Source of the DNA: an uncultured Acidimicrobiales bacterium
Lineage (GTDB): Bacteria > Actinomycetota > Acidimicrobiia > Acidimicrobiales > SHLQ01
Reading direction: 5' to 3'
Assembly (NCBI GenBank): GCA_964562985.1
Contig: CAZLWE010000002.1
Location: 1,630 to 65,629 of the forward strand
DNA length: 64,000 nt
In this document: positions 29,769 through 38,738 of the stretch, piece after piece
Layout: every line of letters starts with the position of its first letter
Numbering within the stretch: position 1 is the stretch's first letter
Made by a program: the position numbers and the translations under genes
The notes under the pieces: generated by a model
What the model was told of the DNA's origin: nothing
The model's input: the letters and a program-made list of their open reading frames with translations, nothing else
The model's database searches: none

Positions 29769-30451
29769 CGTGAGCCTCCAAAGGGCAGTACCGCCGACAC
29801 GCTCCAGCCCTGCCCGCTCGGCTCCCCGTGCGACGATCTCGTCGAATGCTGCTGTCGCTGCCGCAACATCTTCGTAGATCCGCGTATCCTGACCGGCCTG
29901 GCTTGTGCCTGCGTTCGGATTGACAGAGAACCAGAACGGTCCGGCTGCAACCGCAACCGGAGGTGCGGACTCGAAGCAAACGTCGAGTTCTCCGGGGCCG
30001 TCAAACATGAGCTGCCCAACCGGCTCGAAGAAGCTCGGGAGTTCATCGTCGGCCAGGACTCCTGCCCGAATGTTCTCTGCGATCTGGTCTAGGTCTGTCC
30101 CTTCTCGCATCTGGGGAGCTGGGTCGCCAAACATCGCATCGACCACCTGGTCCTCAAGACGATCGACCTCTTCAGGTGATGCAACCGTCGAGAGAAGATT
30201 TCAAACCGTGGCTCCTCGCCCACCGGTACGAGTGCCTCGGCCACGGTTGTAGTCGATTCGGTCTGGACCGTTGTAGGTGTGTCCACGACCTCGTTCTCCA
30301 CCTCAGCGGGAACTGACGTGACCGCTTCGGCCTCCGTCGTGGCCTCGGCCGCCTGTGCTCCACATCCCACGAGGATCACGAACAGCGGCAGCAGTACCGC
30401 AATGATCCAGCTGTCGTCGGCCCAGTGGTTCTTTTCGCCGTTTCCAGCCAT
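29769..30451 (-). pseudogene. Frame-split lipoprotein remnant, paralogous to 18031-19302
   Basis: One frame carries ATG 30451, a signal/lipobox (ILVGCG) and a linker. A second frame (downstream of a TGA near 30200) carries the domain [42 protein letters not shown]. That second frame has no stop before the regulator gene. Confidence 0.5.
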
Positions 30452-30557
30452 GTCGTTCGCCTTTCGTTTTTCCGTTGATAACAACGTAGAAAGCGACCCT
30501 CTGGCAGCGAATCGGCCGCGACGGCGATCCTTGGTCTCATCCTGAAGTAGGAGGAGC

Positions 30558-31718
30558 TCAGATCTCCGCGTTGCCCCGGTTGACGAAGGCTTCCTTGAAC
30601 CCGACACGACTCCCCGTGCGCAACAGCGAGTAGCGGTAGATACCGCCGGCGAGCCTCATCAGCAAGACCGTGGAGATGACCAAAATCACCAGACTGAGAA
30701 TTGGCTGCCACAGCGGCGGGTCTACCAGCGCTTCTCGGAACGGAATCAGCACCGGCGAGAAGAAAGGCACATAGGAAGCGATGGTCACGACGGTGTTGCC
30801 AGGGTTGGCGAAGTTCGAGAAGGCGATGATGTAGCCCACGATAAGCGGCATCATGACGATGGTCTGAACGCTGGTGGCGTCTTCGACACGTGGAACGAGT
30901 GAGCCCGCCGCGGCCGCAGCCGTCGCGTAGAAGGCGAACGACACGGCGAAGGTGACCAGAGCAAAGGGCACGGCGCCCCAGACCCCTGGTGGTACGTCGA
31001 AATCGAGGAAGAGCAACGCAACCGTAACTCCGAGTACGAGGATCACCATCTGCACGAAGGCCAGGACTCCGAGCCCGAGGAGCTTGCCGCTCAGCAAGGT
31101 GGTAGGTCGCACATGGGAGAGCAACACTTCGACGACCCGAGACGACTTCTCTTCGATAACCCCCATCGTCATGAACTGGCCCCAGACCTGGAGCAGAACA
31201 AAGATCCCGAAACCGGTGACTCCGGCGACAGCGGCTCGGGCCGCCAAGTCGTCCTCCCCGCCATCGAGGCGGACCTCCTCGATCTCCACCTCGGCGAACA
31301 GCGTCGCAATATCGTTCTGTCCGAGATCGAGGCCTTCGGCCCGTTCGGAAAACACCGCCTGCTGGATGACGGAACGAACGTAGCCATCGATGTCGATATC
31401 TGGAAAGCCCTCCCACGTCAGGCTGGTTCCGTCAAAGATCACGTCGACATCACCGTCCTCTAGAGCGGTGACATCACCCTCCTCGAGGTTCAACACCGTT
31501 GGGTTTAGGTCGTCATCTCCGACCTCCAGGAAAGGGGTAAGAACAGCACTGTCTTCAGTGACCCCTATCGAGATCTCGCGGGCCTCGCCGTCGCCATCGA
31601 GGAATTGCGGGACTACACCCGCCGCTACCACCAACAAGAACATGATCGCAATAATCGCTTGGAAGCCCTTGGAACGACCTCGGGTGATGATCTCTCGTTT
31701 CGCGATCAGCCAAATCAC
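30558..31718 (-). CDS. ABC-2 type transporter permease (NatB-like)
   Basis: N-terminal TM, a large extracytoplasmic loop and five C-terminal TM helices. 4-nt overlap with the ATPase gene. Confidence 0.75.
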   Translation of the reverse strand: MIWLIAKREIITRGRSKGFQAIIAIMFLLVVAAGVVPQFLDGDGEAREISIGVTEDSAVLTPFLEVGDDDLNPTVLNLEEGDVTALEDGDVDVIFDGTSLTWEGFPDIDIDGYVRSVIQQAVFSERAEGLDLGQNDIATLFAEVEIEEVRLDGGEDDLAARAAVAGVTGFGIFVLLQVWGQFMTMGVIEEKSSRVVEVLLSHVRPTTLLSGKLLGLGVLAFVQMVILVLGVTVALLFLDFDVPPGVWGAVPFALVTFAVSFAFYATAAAAAGSLVPRVEDATSVQTIVMMPLIVGYIIAFSNFANPGNTVVTIASYVPFFSPVLIPFREALVDPPLWQPILSLVILVISTVLLMRLAGGIYRYSLLRTGSRVGFKEAFVNRGNAEI

Positions 31719-32686
31719 GACAACACCTCGGTCTCACTACGCGCTCCCACGCCCGCCACCATGTCGACGAAGACTTCATCGAGACCGGGCGGCTCCAGCG
31801 ATACTTCCACCACTTGGCCAACACTCGCGACACTCGCTAGCAACTCGCCACTGTCGGCATCGCTTGGCATGTCTAGGACGGCATGCGCTTCGCCTTGTTC
31901 GAGAACCTCGCCCACAGCTGGTGTCCACTCGACGGGCTCAGCCCATCGAACCGATAGGCGGCGGCGCGGAGACGCCGCTCGTAGGTCTGCGATTTGGCCC
32001 GAGGCAATGCGGCGGCCGTCGGCCACGATGACAACCTGCTTACAAAGCCCCTCGACGAGGTCGAGTTGGTGAGAAGAGAACAGAACCGAAGCCCCCTCCT
32101 CCGCGCGTTCAGCGATGATACTGCGCATCGTTTCGGCAGCGATCGGGTCGAGCCCGGCGAACGGCTCGTCGAGCACGAGGAGCTCGGGCTGGTGTACGAG
32201 CGATACGGCGAGCTGAACCCGCTGCTGGTTGCCCCCCGACAGGTCTTGGACAAAGGAGTCAGCTCGCGCCGTGAGATCGAGCCGCTCAAGCCAGTAGTCA
32301 GCGCGCTCGCCAGCCGCGGCTGAGGACATTTGTGCGAGCCTCCCGAAATACACGACCTGCTCCCGAACTTTCATTCGGGGGTAGAGCCCGCGTTCTTGGG
32401 GCATGTATCCGGTCTTGGTCCGGACCGAGTCGTCGACCAGAACCCCATCCCAAGAGATAGTTCCGCTGTCGGGGCGAACCATGCCGACGATCGACCTCAT
32501 GGTGGTCGTCTTCCCTGCACCGTTCGGACCCAGAAAGCCGATCAGAGATCCACGCGGAACGTCGAGGCTGATGTCATCAACCGCTTGGATGTCTCCGTAC
32601 CTCTTCGACAGACCACGAATTGCGAGTCCACCATCCCCGGCCATTGCGGCAATGTAGTTGAACCCTGGTTGCTTGTTGGCCGCCAC
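31715..32686 (-). CDS. ABC transporter ATP-binding protein (NatA-like)
   Basis: GPNGAGKTT, LSGGNQQRV and LLVLDEP motifs, with a C-terminal accessory domain. The true start may be the internal Met at about 32644. Confidence 0.85.
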   Translation of the reverse strand: MAANKQPGFNYIAAMAGDGGLAIRGLSKRYGDIQAVDDISLDVPRGSLIGFLGPNGAGKTTTMRSIVGMVRPDSGTISWDGVLVDDSVRTKTGYMPQERGLYPRMKVREQVVYFGRLAQMSSAAAGERADYWLERLDLTARADSFVQDLSGGNQQRVQLAVSLVHQPELLVLDEPFAGLDPIAAETMRSIIAERAEEGASVLFSSHQLDLVEGLCKQVVIVADGRRIASGQIADLRAASPRRRLSVRWAEPVEWTPAVGEVLEQGEAHAVLDMPSDADSGELLASVASVGQVVEVSLEPPGLDEVFVDMVAGVGARSETEVLS

Positions 32687-32843
32687 CTGACATCTCCCTC
32701 ATTCGGTAGAGGTAAATGTAGGGGACCAAACCGTGGCAGCGGATCCCTCGCATCGGTGATCCTGCATCTCCTCCTCAAGGATGAGAGGAAGGACTCGTTC
32801 GAAAGCCCGATCAGCTGGGCAACGCGACGGGCCTCGTTGGGCT

Positions 32844-33716
32844 TCAGTCGATCAGAGCGTCAGTGCGAACCCGCTCTTGTTCTGCATCAATATGTGCTTG
32901 GAGAACTCGCCCGAACAGCTGCTGGGTACGCTCCAGTCGACCGATCACGCCGGGCTGCTCGGTATAGGCGAAGATCGCAGCATGACGGGGTTTTGAATCG
33001 GCTGCGACCCGGCTCACCGAGTGCAGCGAGTATCGACCACGGAAGATCTGCATGTCGCCCGGGCGAAGATCGAGCGTGTGCACGCCCCGCCGCCCTCCTT
33101 CGAGAACCTCTTTGATGTGGTCGAAACCCTCGTCGCCGTCACTACGGATGTTGTGTACGTATTCGAAGAGCCCGCCATCGTCGGCCTCTTCAACGAGCAC
33201 CGTGACGGCGAACTCGTTGGTGTCAAAGTGCCAGGTGAACTGCTGGCCGGGGTCGAGAATGTTCGCGGTTAGTCCGGCGAGCGGATCGGCGTATGGGTGA
33301 AGCTCAGGAATGTCGAGACAATCGGCGAGGAACCGGGCTAAGTCGGGGTGCTCGAACATCACGCGCATCGCGGTCGTGTCTTCCCAAGAGTCTCCGGGTA
33401 TGAACCCACTCGACCGCTCAAGAAACGTGTTCATCGCGTGCTCGTCGTCGAAGTCGGGGTTGTGGTTGAAGTGAAAGTATGGATTGATCACCTGAGTGGA
33501 GAAGTGAGTGGTCGGCTTGCGGTCCCAAATCTCCTCACCAAGGCGGCGGAGAGCGTCGGGACGGACGAGGTCCTTGATCACCGCACATCCCACCGAGTCA
33601 AGGTCGGCACGGGCCGCATCGACGACCGCCTGGTAGTCCGGTGTGTCGGGCAGATCGATGGGGTAACGGTCAAGATCTACCAGTTCGCAAAGTGTGATCG
33701 TCCCCAAGTCATGCAT
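32844..33716 (-). CDS. Fe(II)/2-oxoglutarate-dependent oxygenase family protein
   Basis: WHFDTNEF (HxD) with a distal His (RYSLHSV) and a jelly-roll-like length. The subfamily was not recognised. Confidence 0.55.
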   Translation of the reverse strand: MHDLGTITLCELVDLDRYPIDLPDTPDYQAVVDAARADLDSVGCAVIKDLVRPDALRRLGEEIWDRKPTTHFSTQVINPYFHFNHNPDFDDEHAMNTFLERSSGFIPGDSWEDTTAMRVMFEHPDLARFLADCLDIPELHPYADPLAGLTANILDPGQQFTWHFDTNEFAVTVLVEEADDGGLFEYVHNIRSDGDEGFDHIKEVLEGGRRGVHTLDLRPGDMQIFRGRYSLHSVSRVAADSKPRHAAIFAYTEQPGVIGRLERTQQLFGRVLQAHIDAEQERVRTDALID

Positions 33717-34629
33717 CCCAGTGTGGAACCCAGTCGCCCTCTAGTCGGAACGATAGTTGAGCGTCTTCCTCGATTCGCTTTGCGACGTGCAACTCGCCGA
33801 CGTCGGGCCCATAGCGTTCGGTGGCCCGCTCGAATATCTCGTAGGCCGATTGGGTCATTGGTAGGTCTGTCCCGACGTACTCGCCCAGTTCAATCGTGAG
33901 ACCGAGGTCCTTCATGCACAAGCCGAGGGTAAAGCTCGGGTCATAGTGCCCCGCGAAGATGGAGGGGGCATCGTGGCGAGCGACGAAACTGTCGCCGACC
34001 GAGTCCTTGATTGCATCCCACAGCACGTCGAGTTCGACGCCGTTGGCCATGCCAAGGGCGAAGCCTTCACCAATCGATGCGGCATGAATAAACCACAGCT
34101 GGTTGGTGACGAGCTTCGTGACGTTGCCCGTACCGAGCTGCCCGCATTTGATTGCCCGCCCGAGGTGTTCGAGAACCGGGCAGACGCGGTCGAGATCTTC
34201 AGGTGTTCCACCGGCGAAGAGGGTGAGCTTGCCCTTGCGGGCCCCATCCACGGCCCCAGTGACCGGCGAGTCGACCACCGTCACGCCTTCCGGGGCGGAG
34301 TCAGCGAGTTCGATGACGAAGTCACGTCGGTTGGTGGTGAGGTCGACCCAGACGTTTCCTGCGGAGAGTTCGTTGAGCGCTCCGCCGTCCACCATTACCT
34401 CTCGCACGTGGTCGGGGCGCGGGAGCGATGTCAATAGGAGGTCCGCGTGACGGGCGCACGCGTTGGCATCGGCGCCAGCCGTGCAGCCGGCTTCGACAGC
34501 AGCGTTGAGGGCGTCGGCGTTGATGTCGAACGCCATGACGTCGTAGCCCGCAGCAGCGAGTCGTCGAGCCATCGGGCCGCCCATGTTTCCCAGGCCGACG
34601 AATCCGATCTTCTCTCGCTTGTCACTCAT
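33709..34629 (-). CDS. NAD(P)-dependent oxidoreductase (3-hydroxyisobutyrate dehydrogenase family)
   Basis: IGFVGLGNMGGPMARRL Rossmann motif and a C-terminal 6PGDH-like helical domain. Confidence 0.8.
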   Translation of the reverse strand: MSDKREKIGFVGLGNMGGPMARRLAAAGYDVMAFDINADALNAAVEAGCTAGADANACARHADLLLTSLPRPDHVREVMVDGGALNELSAGNVWVDLTTNRRDFVIELADSAPEGVTVVDSPVTGAVDGARKGKLTLFAGGTPEDLDRVCPVLEHLGRAIKCGQLGTGNVTKLVTNQLWFIHAASIGEGFALGMANGVELDVLWDAIKDSVGDSFVARHDAPSIFAGHYDPSFTLGLCMKDLGLTIELGEYVGTDLPMTQSAYEIFERATERYGPDVGELHVAKRIEEDAQLSFRLEGDWVPHWDA

Positions 34630-34789
34630 CTATTTTGTTCCTCGTCTTACCGTCATGCACAGTACGTGAAAGACATTTAGTGGTCAATTGGACCGGATGG
34701 CCTCGTTCATCAGTAGTGCATGGGTCGCAATGGGTCTCTCTGGGTCACGCGAATTTCGGGAGCCTTAGCACCATGGCAAACTAGCGGTC

Positions 34790-35887
34790 ATGGCGAACAC
34801 CGCAGAAAGCCGCACCACCAAACGAGCGCGCGCCCTCGTCTCCGATACGCGCGTGCGGGTGGCAATTCCAGCCGAGCTGCTATCGGCGGACGATGGCGAG
34901 ACCAAGCCCACCAAGCGCGGGTTAAAGGGACTACTGACCTCCTCGATTGGCCCATCGGCGGACCCCCGAGCCCGAGTCCTGGCGTTCACCGCAAGCGGAA
35001 CGATCATCATGACGGCGAAGAGCTCAAACGGCGGTATCCCAGACGAGGTGAGCTCCCAGACCGATTCGTTCCCCGAGGTGGTCGACAACAACGACGACGG
35101 TTCCGAACTGGTCATCCGACTCGATGACCACAACTACCGGATCAGTCCGATCCATCGCTACACGACCTTATCGGCGATCGAGGCCGCGAGAAGCGCTGAC
35201 GAGATCGTCGAAGAGTCGCCCGAGGATGCGTCCGACGACCTCACCGACAGCGCCGAGGTTGCAGACCAAGCGGACGATACGGACACCGAGGAGCTCTCCA
35301 ACGCTGCCCAGGGCCCCACCGACGACGCGGTGGAATCCCTCGTGGAACCCACGATCGGCTCCAATACGCCGATCGATAGTGATACCGAAGTCGACGAACC
35401 GTCCGTTGAGGTGGAGAAAGAGTCGCAGCTCGGGGCGAAGGAACGGGCGAGCGCAACGGCAGCAAGCTTGGCTGCATCGCTCAAGCGGAACTTTCTGACC
35501 GACGAGTTCGGCGAGATCGAGATCGAAACACGATCACGTCCCACGATGCAGTGTCAGCGTCTGCTGCGAGATCGCTACGTGTACTTGGCTGTCCCCGGGA
35601 AGGCCTTGCCGAGAGAAGGCACGGAAGACCCGAAAGGCAAGTTCGTCCTCGCCTTCACCGACCAAGGCGTGATGTTGTTCAAGCCAAGCCGCGGCAACGA
35701 GGCACTCCCCCGAGATGTGATCGGCCAAATAGATTCCACCCCGATCGACTTTGCGTCAGCCGACTACAACGCCAAAGAAGGTGGCTGGCTAACAGTGGGG
35801 GCGCGTCGCTACCTGATCACCCGGCCATATGTGCGGAGTTTGACGAACTACATCGCGGAGCACCACGGCGGTATTCCGCTGCCCTAG
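34790..35887 (+). CDS. Hypothetical protein: two related beta-rich modules joined by a long acidic linker
   Basis: The N-module (RVLAFTASGTIIMTAK..LVIRLDDHNYRIS) and the C-module (FVLAFTDQGVMLFKPS..LTVGARRYLIT) resemble each other. The linker is D/E/S/T-rich. Confidence 0.55.
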   Translation: MANTAESRTTKRARALVSDTRVRVAIPAELLSADDGETKPTKRGLKGLLTSSIGPSADPRARVLAFTASGTIIMTAKSSNGGIPDEVSSQTDSFPEVVDNNDDGSELVIRLDDHNYRISPIHRYTTLSAIEAARSADEIVEESPEDASDDLTDSAEVADQADDTDTEELSNAAQGPTDDAVESLVEPTIGSNTPIDSDTEVDEPSVEVEKESQLGAKERASATAASLAASLKRNFLTDEFGEIEIETRSRPTMQCQRLLRDRYVYLAVPGKALPREGTEDPKGKFVLAFTDQGVMLFKPSRGNEALPRDVIGQIDSTPIDFASADYNAKEGGWLTVGARRYLITRPYVRSLTNYIAEHHGGIPLP

Positions 35888-35902
35888 CGATATCGGCATT
35901 CG

Positions 35903-37297
35903 TTAGTGCGCTGGACCCCAGTAGCGCTTGCATTGAGGCGTGTCGGAGAATTCGATCGCCCGCAGGTAGAACACGCGCTCGAGAAAGCTGTCGGCCGGGT
36001 CCACGAGGGCGGCAACTTGCAGTGCACTGGTCGGAGCTCTTGGATCGGCGAAAGCGAGTGCGACCGGCACCTCGCCGGCACTCGACTCGTTCGCCCACTG
36101 CGCGAGATTTGGCTCGGGAATCAACAGCAATCCATCGCGACTGTAGAAGTCGAGCGGTGACGGATTGTCCTCGTCGAATTGTGCTTCATACAGCGTTGGA
36201 ACATCTCGTAGGGGCAGCGTTCCTGGCAGGAGGAAGTGATTCGTCTCGCCGTTGGCCACTGCCAGGTTCGAGTACATGTTGAAGGCGCCAGCCGTTCGGA
36301 TCTCCAGATAAGGCGAGGCCGCGTTCAGGACGGTGAGACCGATCGCCACCAACATGATCGGGGCGAATCGAAAGTTGAGCGCTGGCCGCGGGACGGTGTA
36401 CTCCACCCGTGCCGCGACGGTATGCCGTATGACGAACGCGGCGTAAGCGAGCCAGAACGGATAGTCGAACAGCCAGTTGGGAACCACTCGTCCGAAAGCG
36501 ATGATCCCGTTCGCGAAGTAGTTGCCGAGGATGATGACGGCGAGCATGAGCCCCATCCGGCGTGTTCCCAGGTTGGTTCGCAAATTGTCGACCGCGCCGC
36601 TGAACCGCTCCGACTCTTCCGAGGTAAGGAACAGCAGGAAGAGCATGAAGAGCACGGATGTGAAGTCGAACACGTGGCCTGCCGGCTCTAGGGCGAGCAC
36701 GGTGTGAAAGCCCAATCCGACGATCACGCCGATGCGACGCCAGCGTCGGGTCATGAGCAATACCGGAATGGACAGCTCGAAGACGATCGTGGCAACGATT
36801 GTGAGGTTGGCGAGGGCCGCCGACTGGCTAACCGATACGCCGACCCAGGCACCGAATTCGTCACCAAAGACCGCAGCGCAGCTCACCGCTCGATCGACAA
36901 AGCCCGCGTTCAGCTTGGAGAAAGCGATCGCGGAGTAGGCGATGAGCAGCACCCAACGCATCGGCGCGATGGCGGCCGACAGCCAGCCATCACGCTTCGT
37001 GATCAGCCCAAGAAGGATCGCGATGTTTGCCAACAAGAGGATGACCTCGTGGTTACCTACCAATGGCATCTTCAGATAGATCACGAGGAGATGAGACGCG
37101 GCAAGTGCCCCGGCAGCGAGCGCCGATGGCCGCAACAGCATGAATACGGCTGCGGCAAGAAGCGGAATCTGCGCGAGACCGACCGTGGTCAGGTTGACCA
37201 GAAAATAGTCATTCCCAGCCAGATGAAAAAGAACAGCAAGAGGCCAAAGGCTAAGAAACCATCGATAGGGATGGCCGGTCTCCGCGTCGGCACTCAC
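35903..37297 (-). CDS. Polytopic integral membrane protein with a C-terminal soluble domain
   Basis: About 9-10 hydrophobic helices. Possibly HTTM/VKGC-like, but not confirmed. Confidence 0.5.
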   Translation of the reverse strand: MSADAETGHPYRWFLSLWPLAVLFHLAGNDYFLVNLTTVGLAQIPLLAAAVFMLLRPSALAAGALAASHLLVIYLKMPLVGNHEVILLLANIAILLGLITKRDGWLSAAIAPMRWVLLIAYSAIAFSKLNAGFVDRAVSCAAVFGDEFGAWVGVSVSQSAALANLTIVATIVFELSIPVLLMTRRWRRIGVIVGLGFHTVLALEPAGHVFDFTSVLFMLFLLFLTSEESERFSGAVDNLRTNLGTRRMGLMLAVIILGNYFANGIIAFGRVVPNWLFDYPFWLAYAAFVIRHTVAARVEYTVPRPALNFRFAPIMLVAIGLTVLNAASPYLEIRTAGAFNMYSNLAVANGETNHFLLPGTLPLRDVPTLYEAQFDEDNPSPLDFYSRDGLLLIPEPNLAQWANESSAGEVPVALAFADPRAPTSALQVAALVDPADSFLERVFYLRAIEFSDTPQCKRYWGPAH

Positions 37298-37369
37298 GGT
37301 AGTGAAATCGGCTAGTCGAGCCTGTTCTTGATTAAAAGACTCGTGAGTTCCGCTCGGACCTGCCCGTCC

Positions 37370-38023
37370 TTATAGGTGGGCCCGGAGCTTCTCGGCGAGG
37401 AATTCCGCTGTTTGGCGCCAGGCGACCGCCTCTGCAGCTGCATCGAATTCAGGGCGGCCATCCTCGGCGAACCCGCTGGCCGTACCCTCGTGATGCTCGA
37501 AGCGGAAGTCGACCCCGGCCATTTGCAGATTCAGACCAAGTTCAGCGACTTCAAGGTCACTCACCAAGATGTCGGCCTCCGCCCAGTGACACAGATACGA
37601 AGCCGCTGAACCTTCCATTGCGACTTCCTGTGACCCGTAGTAGGTGACCACGGCCCCGACCTCCTCGGTGAGACGAGCGGAGACCCAGAGTGCCCACGAG
37701 GCGCCCGGACCGTACCCCACCACACCGATGGGTGCCTCCGGCTCGGCTGAGGCCTTTCGGAGCACTCCAAGACTCGACTGCACGAGCGAAGCGGTCACGT
37801 TCATATCGGCCTCGTGCAGGGCGCCTAGCGCCTCGGCAGGGTCGTCGAACTCCTGGCCTGCGTTGAGATCGGGTGCGACGACGGTGAATCCATGATCGGC
37901 CAAACGGTTCGCGGTGTCCTTCGCGTGACGGTTCAGACCCCACATGGAATGGAGCAACAGCACTCCGGGCCCTGGTCCTGCTTCGGGGGAAATGAAGTAA
38001 CCCGAACCCGCGCTAGCACTCAC
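37370..38023 (-). CDS. Dienelactone hydrolase family protein
   Basis: GVLLLHSMWGLN..VVAPDL..GVVGYGPGASWAL pattern, about 217 aa. Confidence 0.7.
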   Translation of the reverse strand: MSASAGSGYFISPEAGPGPGVLLLHSMWGLNRHAKDTANRLADHGFTVVAPDLNAGQEFDDPAEALGALHEADMNVTASLVQSSLGVLRKASAEPEAPIGVVGYGPGASWALWVSARLTEEVGAVVTYYGSQEVAMEGSAASYLCHWAEADILVSDLEVAELGLNLQMAGVDFRFEHHEGTASGFAEDGRPEFDAAAEAVAWRQTAEFLAEKLRAHL

Positions 38024-38217
38024 GATTCCGTGCCGGCTCCGTAGAGCACTTCAGGGAGTACCACGGCTTGAGCGACGTAGGTGGTCGTGCCATCGAAGGT
38101 GAGACTTGGCGAGCCGTAGAGCACGTACCCGTCGGCGAGCGCGTTGGACACTCGCTCGCAAAACGCAGATGTGTCTGGGCCGGTTAGTAGTCGGTATCGC
38201 AAGGGTGACTCTTCCAT
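38020..38217 (-). CDS. DUF1737-like small protein
   Basis: YRLLTGPDTSAFCERVSNALADGYVLYGSP pattern. 4-nt overlap with the downstream hydrolase gene. Confidence 0.6.
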   Translation of the reverse strand: MEESPLRYRLLTGPDTSAFCERVSNALADGYVLYGSPSLTFDGTTTYVAQAVVLPEVLYGAGTES

Positions 38218-38342
38218 ACGTTGACGCTATCGCCTCGGTCAGGATGCGCTCATCGACACCTACGCCTCGGCCGAGAACTCGCGGTGAAAAACGCCTCGAC
38301 GCACGTTCTGCTAGCGACTCTCTTTTTATAGGCTCCACCTTC

Positions 38343-38738
38343 ATGAACTACGCAGGCGACCTGTCTCCGACCGATGCCCACAATCTCCTTGTGGAGAAGC
38401 CAAACGCCGTGCTCGTCGACTGTCGTACGACGGCCGAGTGGTCCTTCGTCGGTGTTCCTGACATGCCGGGGACACGACTCGTCGAGTGGACGAGCTGGCC
38501 AACCGGTGCGCTGAACACCGATTTCGTCACCGCAGCCTCCGAGGGCCTGGAGGCCGACCAACCAATCGTCGTGATCTGCCGATCGGGCGGACGCAGTGCT
38601 GCCGCCGGAAGCGCCCTCGCTGCCGCGGGCTTCACTCAAGTCTTCAACGTGCGTGAGGGCTTTGAGGGCCATGTCGACGCCAGTGGACACCGCAGCGGCG
38701 GATGGCGCGGTGCCGGGCTGCCCTGGCGTCAGTCATGA
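38343..38738 (+). CDS. Rhodanese-domain sulfurtransferase
   Basis: Start at ATG 38343. Active-site loop VVICRSGGRS. Confidence 0.8.
   Translation: MNYAGDLSPTDAHNLLVEKPNAVLVDCRTTAEWSFVGVPDMPGTRLVEWTSWPTGALNTDFVTAASEGLEADQPIVVICRSGGRSAAAGSALAAAGFTQVFNVREGFEGHVDASGHRSGGWRGAGLPWRQS

Noticed and set aside
29765-30046. 93-aa ORF whose TGA overlaps the NarL regulator ATG, considered as the true 3' end of the upstream gene.
   Set aside because: Its translation is Ser/Arg-rich off-frame text. The protein-like signal, paralogous to 18031-19302, is in the other frame.
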